Shown here: positions 28,700-42,553 of the stretch, one piece after another
Position numbering within the stretch: the first letter of the stretch is position 1
How the letters are laid out: the number at the start of each line of letters is the position of its first letter
NCBI RefSeq assembly: GCF_009914755.1
Contig: NC_060945.1
DNA length: 64,000 bases
Source of the DNA: the human T2T-CHM13v2.0 reference genome, Homo sapiens
Direction: 5' to 3' (one strand)
Program-made: the position numbers and the translations under genes
Notes under the pieces: generated by a model
Seen by the model: the letters and a program-made list of their open reading frames with translations, nothing else
Told to the model about the DNA's origin: nothing
Database searches by the model: none

Positions 28700-28880
28700 T
28701 CTTGGCAGTTTATGGGAAATTATTCATCCTATGGAGCAGCACTATTATTAACCCCGTTGTACCAGTGAGGAAACAGAGGCAGGAAGGTACTAGAATTACT
28801 CCCACTTCATAGGTTAAGGAAACTAAAACCCACCAAAATGGCAGGGCTGGGACTTGAACCTAGGTCATCAGGCTATGGGG
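28700..28880 (-). mobile_element. MIR fragment(s)
   Basis: GAGGAAACAGAGGC; GGCAGGGCTGGGACTTGAACCTAGG. Confidence 0.6.
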
Positions 28881-29987
28881 TTCCACGGACTATGGCTCAG
28901 CTATAATACTACGCGATATTCTCTCCCATCTTCAGAATGTTTGCTTCACTTCAAGTAAAAGACAGTAACTAAAAATTCTCTTTCCATCATCTGTTACCTT
29001 AAAACAGCCTAACTCACAAAACTTCACAACGCAAGCCCAGGTATTATGGAACCCACCAAGAATAGCAAGTTCAGTGTTGGCTGCCATTTCTAAGTGGACA
29101 GTGTTAATTCCCTCCACTTAGTTGAGGGGCGGAGAGAGGTGTTGAAGGAAAGAGATGAGATGACAAGTCTGAAGTGGCTTCATCACAAAGCATCCATGGC
29201 TGTGATATGTAGCTGTGTCATCCATGGCAACATTCGCCTGAATGGAGATTGTATTATGGACATTGTTCTGGGATGCCTGAGGCTGATGACATGGGACATG
29301 CCGGAAATTTATGTATTTCCTACATAAATATGCAGCTGAACATATTTATGTAGGAAAATTAAAGACCAGACTGGTCAATCACTGGTAAGCCGTCAATGCC
29401 CCCTCAATGATTACCCTTGTCATTCGTGCCAGCCAAAACACACCCAGTTCACAATAGAGACGCAAGTAACTTTTCAACCTGCAACTGACCGCTAGAAATT
29501 GATTTTAGTAGTTGCCTCTATCCTGTGATATTTTAGAAATCAGGTTATCATGCATAATTAGCTCTCCAGCCCAAATCATCTGTGCCACATTCTATTATAA
29601 CAATGGGAGAGGTTATGACAATCAAGAAAAGGAAAAAAACACAGGCATCTGTCTCATAGTTCAATTTTAACAGGAATAAAAATAATTTGAAAGAAAGAAC
29701 AAATACATAGATCAAGGCCACATCTGCCATCTCATTGCAAGGCACATGCCCATCCTGTCTACAAAGCTTTTGGCATAGCATGTCTGGTGCACAGTAAGTA
29801 CTTAATCAGTGGCAGTTCATCTTTTTATTATTATTAATGTTTCTAGCATGAATGGATCTCAGAGAGTCTATTAACTTTCCTTCCTAGTCAAGGGATGCAC
29901 AAAAATTTAGCAAAACTTCAGATATTAATTTGCTTCACTGTGAGTAGTTATGTTCTATTTATAAAAATTGCAAACAGATTGATTTCC

Positions 29988-30142
29988 TTTCTTTTTTTTT
30001 TTTAAATTTTTTAATTTCTTTTATAGAGACAGTTATCTAACTATGTTGCCCAAGCTGGTCTCAAACTCCTGGTCTCAAGCAATCCTCATGCCTTGGCCTC
30101 CCAAAGTATTGGGACTACAGGTGTGAGCCACTGCATTCAGCA
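29988..30142 (-). mobile_element. FLAM / AluJ left monomer
   Basis: Single antisense left arm with T tail. Confidence 0.88.
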
Positions 30143-30299
30143 TTGATCTTATTTTCATTTGCAATTTTAGCAGCAATATGATATATATAATATTCTTTAA
30201 TAACAATATTCATAATGTATATGACATAAGGTATACAAGAATACAACTATTTTATACACTAACAGTAGCAAATAATATTCTCTTTCAAAATTGTGATTC

Positions 30300-30610
30300 A
30301 TCGAGGCAGGCTAACATTAGCTGAAACAAGTCCAACTGCAGTGGCCCAAGTCCAGGGCTAGTCAGGCAGCTCTCCTCCAAGCAGTGACTGAGGGCCACAG
30401 GCCTCTTGCAACTTGGGATGCCGCCATTTTCCCACAAGGCCTCCAAGATTGCGGCATAAGGGGAAAGGGACAGTGGGAGAATCTCATGGGCCAGGCCTGG
30501 AAGAAGCGTACTTCATGTCCATCTGTCTGTTGGTTGTCCAGGCAACGCCAGCCCAACTGAAAGGGGACTATGCGCCCAGGAGAAAAATGAAATAGGGTTG
30601 GGAATCACTG
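30300..30610 (-). mobile_element. Old MLT1 (ERVL-MaLR) LTR fragment
   Basis: CTCCTCCAAGCAGTGACT, GGCCAGGCCTGGAAG, CCCAACTGAAAGGGG; subfamily uncertain. Confidence 0.5.
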
Positions 30611-30654
30611 TTTTCTGTGTCATAAACATTCTCTCCGTGGACAATTAACATCTG

Positions 30655-30870
30655 CCTTGTACTTTACAGATGTTTACACGGCACTTTTCACTATGTCTTA
30701 TTTATTCATTCAGAAAATTTAGTCAATAAAAAAAGTTGAAAAGTTGCTATTGTTATTGCCATTTTCCAGGTGAAGAAACTGCGGCTTGGAGAAGTAATTT
30801 AGCATCCAAGCAGATGAGTGGCACAGCCAAGGCTTCATTCCCTGACCTCCGCATCCAAATCTCAAGCCCT
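30655..30870 (-). mobile_element. MIR fragment
   Basis: CCATTTTCCAGGTGAAGAAACTGCGGCTTGGAGAAGTAATTT. Confidence 0.65.
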
Positions 30871-33800
30871 TTCCACTTTTCTTTGCGTCGTACTGAACTT
30901 CAAGAAGAACAGAGATCCTGTGATAAAACAGATTTATGACAGAAGTAGGGTTACCTTTTCACTCCCAATGGGATCCAGTGTTGTGTAGTTCCATAAAAAA
31001 GGCACGATCCCCACACAATTCAACGGAACAGCCTGAGAGCAGGCTTTCACCAGTCCATAGTCATATATGAGCCAGTACAGGGAGTGTTTCAAAACTGAAA
31101 TAGAAGTTAATATCCTGATAATCTCAAAATAAGACTTCTAATTCTTATTTTAGAGGTCAAAGAGATGGGTGTAGATATGGGTGAACATGATTAAATCAAA
31201 ATTATGGATGTGAAGAAAAACTCTGGGCGATCAGGGTCCAGTTCCTAACCCTGTCCCCTTAACTAGACATGAAACCCATGTGGAATACTCATTGTCATGG
31301 TGACAACCGGGTGGATGGAGTTTGAAGACAGGTCAGAACACACTACTAGGTCCACAAAGCCCAAGGCGTCACTGAGCTGGGTGTGAAGTGGCTGTCTGGC
31401 ACATCTTCTTCCATTGACAAGCCGGCCTTTGTGATGAGAAGGAGGCTCATGGCACAGTCTCAGCTGAGTCCACTCCTGCAGGCAGGCAGCAGGGAGGACA
31501 AAACGTCCCCAGCTTCCTTCTCCATGGTCTCTGCCTAGAGAGCATCAGTATTTCGATGTTCAGCATGGAATAGACTTCCATAACATTGAAAGCAGTGATC
31601 TTCTCTTTTCAAAACAAGGTGTTGTATGCAGTATTAAATCTGGATTCCAGAAACGCTCGCACAGGGCGACCTTGTGTGCAGAAGTTTATTGCCAAGGTTC
31701 CAGTTTATGCCCACGAGGCGCACAGCGAGGCTTCTGGAGGCAGCAGCTTGCTTTTGGCATTCCCTTACAGAGCTCAGAGCCCCGACAGGTTTTGGCTGTA
31801 AGAAGTATCCCGCAACTGATTTATTCCTCAATTTCAATTATTTTTTTCTCTACATGAATCATTTCCATGTTTCCAAAGCAGAAGTAGAAAGAAAGAAAAA
31901 AAAACTCATAAGGTGAAAAAAACTTCCAAAGTGTTTTGTTTTGTTTTGTTTGTTTTTTTATTGAAAAAAAAAAAAGCCTGCAATACAGGAATGGATTTGC
32001 TATCAAACATCCATTTCAGGAAACCACCAGGTAGAATCGGGCAATTTGATGGGCAATTGGGTCTCAATTTCCCCATCAGGAACAACGTCTGTGCACACAC
32101 ACATACACACATTCACTCCCAAGCCATCCACCTCACCAGACCATGAGCTTTTAGGGAGACCGAATTCCAGCCAGGAAGGCAGTTTCCTTTTCACTGTACC
32201 AACATAATGCTTCATTACACCAAGACACAGCACTCTCCGATCTGCCAGGTCAATAAAGAATGAAGCTTAAAATTCACAGTCACCTTTACAATGCTAAGCA
32301 TTTCAACCTTAAATGAATGTGCAGTCCACCAATCCGCTTCCCCGGCCTGCATCCAGCTCTTCCCGTAGCTGAGGCTCAAATGATCTTCCACGGGGTCCAT
32401 TAGTTCCTCTTGGCTGGTCCCTGGGTTCAATGCAACGCTCCCAGCAGGTACGGTAACTGCCACTCATCTGAAACTCCCAAGTTACACTCTGCCTCACTGA
32501 CAAGGGCATGGGGCGCTGCCTCCTATTCTGTTTTGTGGGTTCTTTGATCACCAGAAGGAATTTCGAGCCACTGTGCTAAGTAACTCGAGTTACTCATAGG
32601 CTGGGATCCCAGAAGCCGCTGGGTTCCTCCATATACCATCAGAAGCTGAGCTTCTCCAGAGGACACTGAAGAGGCTGCTCAAGAACCCTACAGCAGGTTG
32701 TCCCAGAATTACCCACCATGACCTAGGTAGCTGACTAAATGCCACAGCCCACCTGAAGTTTCCCCAGGCAAACACCTGGAGTGTCTCATGACTAAGCAAG
32801 ATGTCCTATGGAGCTAAAAATAACCCTCCTATCCCTTCCTCCTCCTGCCATCCCCATCTCTCTGACCCTCTGTGGTCCTCAAAGGGCATTTAAGATTTGA
32901 GTTTCCTGGCCAGAACGTGGGCAAGTGCTTGTATTTATTTGCTATTTACTAACTGCTGCCATAGTAGATGGCGTTTCTAAAACGGTATAAAACATCTACC
33001 AACAACATCAGGTTTTTGGTATTCTATATGTGACTGTTAAAATAAAAATGGACCTTGGCTACCTATAATGAATGAGCCAAGTAAAAGCACTCCAATCCTG
33101 GCGTCCAATTCTATCAGCTGATATTTGACACAGGGTTTGACAGTTGACAAACTGTCTCTCCATGGTTCCCTCTTAACAGCTCCATGAGGTGGCAGGGCCA
33201 GTACAATCATCCTTGTTTTGTATCTGAGCAAAGGACATTGTGGAGAGATTAAGCAAGGCTACAAAATCGGTGAAGGATTCCGACTTTCCACTACAGCAAG
33301 AGGTCTCAGTGCATGGCTAGCCCTAGGCGATGCCAGAAACATGACGACATAAGTAATACTTTTTTTAATAGCAAAGAAAGCAAGCCAGTAAGATGTCCAG
33401 CTTGGGAAATATGAAGTTGGCAAGGACAAAAGATGCCTCCAAATTTTAAAGAAAAAAAAATTTCTCTCTCGGTTAACCCTCACTACTCCATCAAGAGTAA
33501 CAGCAGAGTCCAGGTATCCCCTGGAAGTGGGTCAGGTTCGGGTCTGCACTGTCTTCCTTGCTTCCAGGTACCTTCCTCCTCCCAGGCCGCACGGAGTCCC
33601 GGGCCCGGCTCCGGGCGCTGTGTTTACAGGCAGGGCGGCAGGAAGGACATGACCTCCCCAGCTCTGCGGCAGGTTAAGCAGCCTGATTGAACGTGGCTGC
33701 TAATTAAGGGCCCCTCTTGTCTGGCAGGGCCACCAGGGTACCTTCTGCACTTGTTCATGACCACTGCACCTCGCTCAGAAATTAACTCTTGATGAGTGCA

Positions 33801-34935
33801 GACAGGGGCCCAGCTGGTCCTCCCGAGTCCTCCCAAGTAGATAAATGAAGTGTAATAAGAATGCCGCTGACTGCCAAGGGAAGAGGGGCTCTCCGTGACC
33901 TCTTGGTAAAATCCAGAGTATACTTTTACTATGACTTAATTCTCTGCACTGGGGACACCTAACGTAGCCAGGAATGGTGTGAACAGACCACTAGCCACAG
34001 GGACAGCATAGAGGCGTCCATCACTAGACGTCCACTTCATGAAGTAGGAGTTAAAAGAATAAAGAGGTAATTTATGAGAAACTAATTTTCAATTGACAAA
34101 TATTTTCAGGAGGTGTGATGACCTACTTTTCTCCATAACTCTTCATGGGCCCAGGGACAATGGTGGCTCCTATTACAGTTTGCAAATGGTACAATCATTC
34201 CGCTCAGGTTTAAAATATTAAATGCTCATCTTCTATCACTTACAGAGGGATTCTTTCCCTGAAGCTCTATTTAAGGAGAGGGAAATTGCGGCCGTCATTG
34301 TCCAGGCCTCCCACATACAGAAACTTGGTAGACAGACATGTTCTGGGTCACATGGCTAAGCTGTACTGACATGCTGCTCGAGTCCAGAGGTATCGCCATT
34401 GAGTTCAGCACAGTCAGGACCAGAGCCTTTTCCACCATTCATCTCAGGAAGCCAACACACACAGCTGGTAAGGGGGAGGGCTTGGAGCTAGGAGACTGGG
34501 AACTGTGTGTGGTCAGAAGCCACCTCACTGCCCTGGCCCACAGTGTGGTTCCCTGTGTGACATCATCTTTGAGATATGACAGAGACAAAAAGCAGGCTGA
34601 GAGTCCCTGCTCTGGACTCTAGATCACAATGAAGCCACATCTTTCTACAACTTTTGAAAGAAGCAGGTGAGGTTTCCGAAAAAAAAACCAAGTGAAATGA
34701 AAGGTGACGGTCAGTGTGCTATCTTTTGACCGCACAGCAAAAAAGTGGTTGCCGGGCTAGAAGCAAGATGGAAAGATGAAGAAATGGGCAGAAAAGGCAT
34801 TTGGTGCCTTGATGAAAAATTTCAAAAATAAAAGGGTCCCATGGTGAAACTAGAGCAATTCCCAGAAGACTAAATGTGGGAGGAATGGGACGAGGTAGGG
34901 GAAGTCAGCAGAGACTCTAAGTTGTTTAAGAGAGC

Positions 34936-35463
34936 GTATTACTTATCTATTGCTGTGTAACAAATGAACGCAAAACTAAGCAGCCCGAGACAACTTAAGA
35001 AACCCACGATTTCCGTGTGCCTGGAGTCTGGGTTGGCTCAGCAGGATGCCTTTAGCTCAGGGTCTCTCACAAGGCTGCACTCAAGGTGTCAGCGGGCACT
35101 GTGGTCATCTCAAGGCTTGCCTGGGGGGGTGGCTCCGCCTCCACTTTGTCCCTTCCCAACCTCATCTGTAGTCTGCCACAGGCCTCGGTGCCCCAGTAGC
35201 TGCTAATCTTTTGCCATGGGGCTACTCATAGCACGTCAGCTTGCTTCCCTCAGAGCTGGGGGTAGGGAGAAGAGGAAAAGCAAGCAAGACAGAAGTCACC
35301 CAGAAGTGCAAAAAAGGAGTTGCCATCCCATTACTTTTGCCATATTTGATTTGTTAGAAGTGATCCAGTAGGTCCGACCCACCTGCAAGGGGAGAGGCTT
35401 ACGCAAGAGCATGAAAACCTGAGGACAGAGACCACCAGGACCAACAAAGGCTGTGGACCACAG
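34936..35463 (-). mobile_element. MLT1 (F/G/H-like) solo LTR
   Basis: TATTACTTATCTATTGCTGTGTAACAAAT end; GCTCAGGGTCTCTCACAAGGCTGCACTCAAGGTGTCAGC. Confidence 0.75.
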
Positions 35464-37116
35464 AGACACTCTTTATTCATGGAATAAACCTGGAGCCTGA
35501 TTCTCCCAAGGCGAGCCTCCTGAAATGATAGAAGCTACGGAGGGAGGCCACATGCTAGGCCACATGTCAGCATTATTACTGTTCATCATTCATTCAGGGC
35601 CCACAAAAGCGAGAGCATCTCCATACGGGTGTGGATTTTAAAATCAGGAAAGCAGGCCAGATAGAATTCATGCTTAGGCACAGCTGCTCAGAACTGACCA
35701 CCCTAAGGGGCCCACTGTTAATAACTCATCCTTTCTGATGATCCGCCCACTGCCTGGTGTGGCTGCTGCCACTGTTCAGCTCTGTCCCCTGCCCTGAGAA
35801 ACATGTGCTGCCAGAGGTTCGTCCTCACAATAATAACCGCTAACACTGAGTGACAGCATGTGATGGTCAAGTACAGAGTCTGGCACTTTATGTTCATCAC
35901 CGCGTTTCATCCTCACCACGACCCTGTTCTGTGGATCCGGCTGGACGCATCCAGAGGTGGGAGTCCCTGTGGTCTGGGCACTGATCAGTGCCTGAATGTT
36001 CTCAGGGACACTCCCCTTCATTAAAGCAGACAGTTAGACATTAACAGGTCTCATGACTCAATATATAACTGAATTGTTATATTATGGGCACATTGCACAA
36101 CTGTTCACTTAGAAAATCTAAAAGAATCAGCTAAAAACTATTAGAAAAACTTAGTGAAGTGTATAAAATGAAACACTACCGTGCCACTTTAGGACTCTGG
36201 CAATAGCTAAAAAGTAAGTTTTGTGATAACTCATGTTCATTGTAGAAAATCTAGAAAATAAAAAAAAAAAAAGTAAGACTAAGGCATTAAGTCACTCATG
36301 ACTTTACCAAAAGACATTTTGGTATATTTTCTTTGATGCATTTTTCTATGTTACATGGGTGACTATATCATTGTATTTTAAAAAATTGTTGTCATACTAC
36401 ACTAGCTGAGCATCTTGCTTTTTTCACTTAATGTAACATTGGGAGCATTTTCCCATGCTCATGTTCTTCAAAAACCCAAGGTTAAATGGTTACTGAATAG
36501 CTCATCATATTATTACAACCTAATTTTAAAAAACTATTTCCTTTTACTCATTTAGTCAAAAAAATCAAATTTTTTTCCTCTGTTCCCCATTTCCTGTCTT
36601 TAAAAAATTATTTGAATATCCATTTCAGTTCTTCTATTGGCTTAACACATATTTATTTACATTTTTAAGTTGGCTGCAAGTTAGAAATATAAGTTTTCAC
36701 AGTCTGCCTACAGTCAGTACTGTACAACCTCTATAATAAAGAACTCTTCTCACCATCGAGGTCCGTATCTACCCCTGGTCTTTACCTTACAGCTGTTACA
36801 TGTATCTCATCTATAGATGTTATAAGCCTCGCAAGACAGTGTTATAATTTTTGCTTAAAATTCTTATATGATTAACAATGAAATTAAGAAGAAAAAAGCA
36901 GAAAGAAAACTAGTATTTTGTGTTGATCCAAATATTTACCAGTCCAGTAGTCTTTACTCTTTTCCAAGGACCTGAGTTCCCAACTGGTATTATTTCCCTT
37001 TAACTGGAAGAAGTTCCTGCAGCATTTCTTACAGTGCAGGTCTGCTGGTGATAAATTCTTTTTTCTTTTATCGAAAAATGCCTTTATTTCCCTTCAATCT
37101 TAGAAGGATATTTCTA

Positions 37117-37441
<325 letters not shown>

Positions 37442-37945
37442 TTAGAATTTTCTGATTCTCTTTCAGTACCTTGAAGATGTTATTCCATGCCGTTCTGGTC
37501 TGCAAGGTTTCCAGTGAGAAGTCAGCCATTAACTGGATTATTACTGTATGGCTTTTCTCTTGTTGCTTTCAAGATTTGCTCTTCAACTTTGGTTTTCAAA
37601 AGTTTGCAAGAACCAGCGTGGGATTTTTAAATATTTATTCTTATTGGTGTTTCTTGAGCATATGATCTTATATCTGTAAATTTCTACTTGTCACTGAATT
37701 CTGAAATTTTTTAGCTATTATTTCTTCTACTATTTTTTTCTGCTCCATTTTCTCTTTTTCCTCTGTCATTTTCCCCCTCTCTGCCTTCAGCTGTTAAGTC
37801 CACTCAGTAAATTTTTATTTGAGATAACTATTTTCAGTTCTAGAATTTCCATTTGGTTCTTCTTTTTATCATTCTATTTCTCTGCTGAGCTATCTTATCT
37901 TTTCATTCATAGTGAGCATATATCATGTTATTTCATTTAGGATAG

Positions 37946-38250
37946 TTTTGTTTTGCTTTGCTTTGAGACAAGGTCTTACTCTGTCACCCAGGCTGGAGTG
38001 CAGTGGTGTGATCATGGCTCACTGCAGCCATGACCTCCTGGGCCCAAGCAATCCTCCCACCTGAGCCTCCCCAGTAGCTGGGACTACAAGGGCACACTAC
38101 CATGCCCAGCTAATTTTTGTATTTTTTGTAGACATGGGGTTTCCCTGTGTTGCCCAGACTGGTCTCAGACTCTGAGGTGGGCTCAAGCAATATGCCCACC
38201 CCAGCTTCCCAAAGTGTCGGGATTACAGGCGTGAGCCGTGGCACCCAGCC
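37946..38250 (-). mobile_element. AluJ
   Basis: J diagnostics; TSD CATTTAG(G/T)ATAGTT. Confidence 0.93.
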
Positions 38251-39243
38251 ATTTAGTATAGTTATAACAGCCACTGGAAAACCTTGTGTGACTCTCCATA
38301 TCTGCTTCCCCTTGGGGTTGAACTTCATTTGATTTCTCTTTTTCTTGATTTGAGACAGTATTCTATTTCCTTGGTTCTTCAAATGTTGGTTATTTTAGCT
38401 TTGTATCCCAGATGTGAGGAAGGTTAAACTGTAGAGGTTTGGGATTTTGCGATTTTTCTTGGATGACTGTTAGTTCTTTTGGTTGGCAATTAGCTGAACC
38501 TGAACTGCAAACTCTGACCCTTTCGGCAGCAAGCACAGATTTTTTTGTCATTATTGTGATCTGAGTCTATTCTATGCATGTATGGTTCAGCGATCAAAGA
38601 TGTATATAAACAGAATTTGGGGATCCCCTCTCCAGCCCTTTTCTTCTAGGAGTCCCTCTCACTGCACCACCTGCCCTTGGCCCTGAGCTTACTTGGTGCA
38701 GCTCAAGAGTGCAGCTCAAGACCCACCTTGTCCCAACGAGGTTCTCCCACCATAAACTGGCCTGCTTCTGCTCACTCTCAATGGCTTCAGGCAGCTGCTT
38801 TCTGAATTATACCCAGTTTTCATAGTTATTTTCTGTATGTGGGGGTGGGAGGGATGGAGGTGGGAGGATCTGTCTGGTAAGATCTTGATCTGCCATTCTC
38901 AGAAGAAGAAGTTCCCAGACCTTTGTATCTAAATACCATTCCCCACTAAAAGGAACCAGAGTTCCTTCTAAAAATGTAGAAAGTAAAATATAAAAACAGC
39001 TCATTCCAGAGCTGGGTACAAGGTTACGCCTGGAATGCCTTATTATGCCAGAGAGTGAGGAAGTGATCAAAGATCCAAGAGGCCCTGTCAAAAGGAGATG
39101 GGAGCCTACTTTTCAAACCAAATCTGGGATAATTTGAGCAAAGAGAATAAGGATCATAATTAATAATAAAATTCTGAAGAAAAGAGAGACTTAATAGTCC
39201 ACAGTGCTGATTGAGAGGAAAAGGAAGAGAAGCATATTACTCA

Positions 39244-39362
39244 TTTAATTGGCAGATAAAACTGAATGTATTTGTCATGTACAACACGATGTTTTGAAGT
39301 ACCTACACATTATGAAATTACTAAATCTAGCTAATTAACATATGTATTACCTCACACTGTTA
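39244..39362 (-). mobile_element. L1MA-like 3' terminal fragment
   Basis: GTACAACACGATGTTTTGA...CTAATTAACATATGTATTACCTCAC. Confidence 0.7.
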
Positions 39363-40988
39363 CCATTTGTTACATTTTTAACTGATGACGTATCTCTCAT
39401 TTATTGGACTGATAACGTATCTATTCCTCATTCACTGGATTCTACCCAGAAACAGCACACTTTCACCCTTTCATGGTACAGCTGCCATGCTCTTCACAAT
39501 GTTATTATTCTAGACTATTACAGTACAAGCTAGCAGTGACCTATTTATCTTTTAGGATCATGAACAATATATATCACTTCATTTCTAGAAACTGATCTTC
39601 AAAAACTATAACCTACTGCAGGACAGGTGAGGCCAGGGAGGCGGACACCTCTGCCTCCAGGAGGCTACTCTGTGCCTCAAGAACCAAAGAACGAGGGGAG
39701 TTCGACCACTGCCTGTACAGAGCCCGAATGCCCTCCCTGCTGCTGTTCTAATGCATGTCCCATCTGCAATGTTAGAAAACAAGCTTCAGCTTGATACAGT
39801 GGAACTTGGCAGATGGCACAGTTTGCTTGTTACAGAACTAAGTATGAAAATAAATTCATTTAGTAGTGCTCCTTGGAGAAATGTGGTTCAGAAGTCAAAT
39901 AATTTTAAAAGACCTCTTTCCCATGTAAGACACCCATGAAACAATGCTCTGGTCATAATTAGTCTCTAACCTTTCAAAATGCCTGCTTCAGTGACCTCAC
40001 CTGCTATTGAACACGATGCCTGCAGATGGTGTGAGGTGGCCAAAGGGTGGAGGACTGGCAGCGGGGGCTGCAGCGGCTGCTGTGACCAGCCACTCACTTG
40101 CTGAAGGATCAGGGAGAGACACTGTGTCTCTCTGGGTCTCGGCTTCTTAACCTGTGAAACCCAGGGGTTGGGGAAAAGCTCGCCAAGCCCCCCTCCTGCT
40201 TTGGCATCCTGTGAGTCTTTATTGTCCTGGGCTAGCTGGGACCCCTAGGACACTGGGTGGCTCCTTCCACCCCACATGATCATTCTGCTCAACAAGAACT
40301 TGCAGGAGCCACAGACCTGCCTCACAAACATGAGGAAGCGCATCCTTCTACAAAGCGAGAGGCTTGAGGTGTGTGTATAGCCAGGTCAAGGTGAAAGCTA
40401 CTGAGGTTTTGCGGAATCAACTCTGTATCAAATCTTCTCTCTCTATCCTTCTCAGAGTCTGATCAAACTGGGAGGTAACAGATTCTCAACAAATCTCAAG
40501 GAGAGGGAGGAAAATATCTACCTACTATGGAATTATCTGTAATTTTTCTAACACACAGAGTATGTTAGCTAAAGCTTTAATGCCCCCTATCCTTTCTGTC
40601 ACTTACGGTACGCTTTATCCTTTGATTTTTGATCAACTGTTAGTCGCAGAATGAATATGCCTAAATTATCACTGAAATCTAGCAAATTATGTCTTAGAAT
40701 GTTAGTTTTAAAAATAAGTTTGAAAATCATTTTTATGAGTCTTTGTAAGCTCAAAAATATAGCTCTCATTATTTTGACTTAGTTTGTTTAAATTGCTAAG
40801 AAAATTATTTCCTCAAAAAACAGACACTGTACTCTTCACCAAATTTAGTATGTTGAAAACTGAAAATAAGAAATTACATATGAAAGAGCAAGCCAGAGAC
40901 AACATACCAATATACAGAAAAAATAGAGGAAAAAAATACTAAATTTTTCACCTCTGACTTTTCCTCCTTTTAAAAAGAAAAAAATCAG

Positions 40989-41290
40989 GGCTGGCGCGGT
41001 GGCTCCCACCTGTAATCCCAGCACTTTGGGAGGCCGAGGTGCGAGGATGGCTTGAGTCCAGGATTTCAAGACCAACCTGGGCAACAAAGTGAGACCCTGC
41101 CTCTATTAAAAATAAAAAAATTAGCCGGGCATGGTGCTACATGCCTATGGTCCCAGCTACTTGGGAAGCTGAGGTGGAAGGATTGCCTGAGCCTAGGAGT
41201 TCAAGGTTGCAGTGAGCTGTGATCATGCCACTACACTTCATCCTGAGCAACAGAGCGAGATTCTGTCTCAAAAAGAGAAGAAAAGAAAAG
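40989..41290 (+). mobile_element. AluJ
   Basis: Full dimer with J diagnostics. Confidence 0.93.
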
Positions 41291-42205
41291 ATCTACCAGA
41301 AGCCTTGGGTCCCTGTTTTCTGGCAATATGCTATGCATATTTGCAAATATGTAAACTGCATGGATAATTTTGCTGTAACGAGGAATGTCACTTTACCAGA
41401 CTACAACTTTAATCAGCATTCCTCTGAACAAACTTGCTCATGATACTAAGCAACGCAAACATGCAGCCAAACAACTGGTGTTTTAATATTCTAGCTTCTA
41501 TTTCTTCCACGTCATAATTTCCTGTAATAATCTCACTCATGCCTGAACTCCACAGACATTCTTATTTATGTTTTTCAGGTCAGTATGCCAATAGCAAGAA
41601 GACTTGTTCTTGAAAGGTTGAGTTTTTCAAATGAGTCCTGAAAGAATTCTACCACACTGCCTATTTCCCAAGCAGGGATCATGGGAGAAAGGAAATTTTG
41701 AAGAAAATGGTTCTAATGCCATTTTGTTAAAAGTACTGAGAGATTTACAATGATCAAGTAATATGCCAGTTCTTTCAAAGGATGCCAACATCTGATGCCA
41801 ACATAATTACAAGTTGGAAAAATGTGTAATGAATCAGGCGGCTCATAATTTCCCTTAGAATATGTATGCACAACTTATTAAATGACATAAAAAGCAAAGA
41901 GTCACGGCAAATGTTGAAACCTTAAATCTGAGTTTCATTGCTTTGGGGCATTTTCGTCAAACTCCATCATCTGGAAGTACCTAACAATAAGAAATATTAG
42001 GTCACAAGCTGTTTTAGAAACACCTGTAATACCTTCACCTAATGAGGCCAATAAACGAGAGCTTCGTGTTCCTCATCAAATAAGAAAACTTAATAGTCAA
42101 ATCTGACATAATAAGCCCAAACTCAAACCCTGTAGAAATGGAAACACTCACATGGAGAGCATTTTCTCCTCCAAATTTTCGATTCTGCCAGGTCCCTCCC
42201 CTAAA

Positions 42206-42217
42206 GCCACCTGGTGG
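42206..42217 (-). promoter_or_regulatory. CTCF-like core CCACCAGGTGGC (motif only)
   Basis: Matches CCASYAGRKGGC; the following bases deviate from consensus. Confidence 0.3.
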
Positions 42218-42553
42218 AAAAATGTGCCCCCAGTGCTAGGTCAGTGTGGGTTTCCCAGAGTAGGGCTTAATTCATGTGGTGGTCTTTGGAGGCTCAGAAA
42301 GAATAGAATAGAGTTTTCTCTTGATGGTCACTGTCCTCACCTCCTCCTGCTCTCCCCCAAACACACTACAACCTAGGTAAGGAGAAAGACCCTACTGACA
42401 TCTTATTCAAAACCCCCAATCCCACCCCTTTCAAGGTACTTGCCAGGGAGGTAAATGGTGGACTCTGCAGGTTTCCTCCTCCAAAATCATTTGTATACTT
42501 TGTCTATGGTCACTGTCTCCCCAAAAGGGCTATACTATCATTTTCTTCCAACT

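Noticed and set aside
33182-33195. CTCF-like CCATGAGGTGGCAG (and AGGGGGCGC at ~48852)
   Set aside because: Partial matches, the first inside a probable MIR; expected by chance in 64 kb
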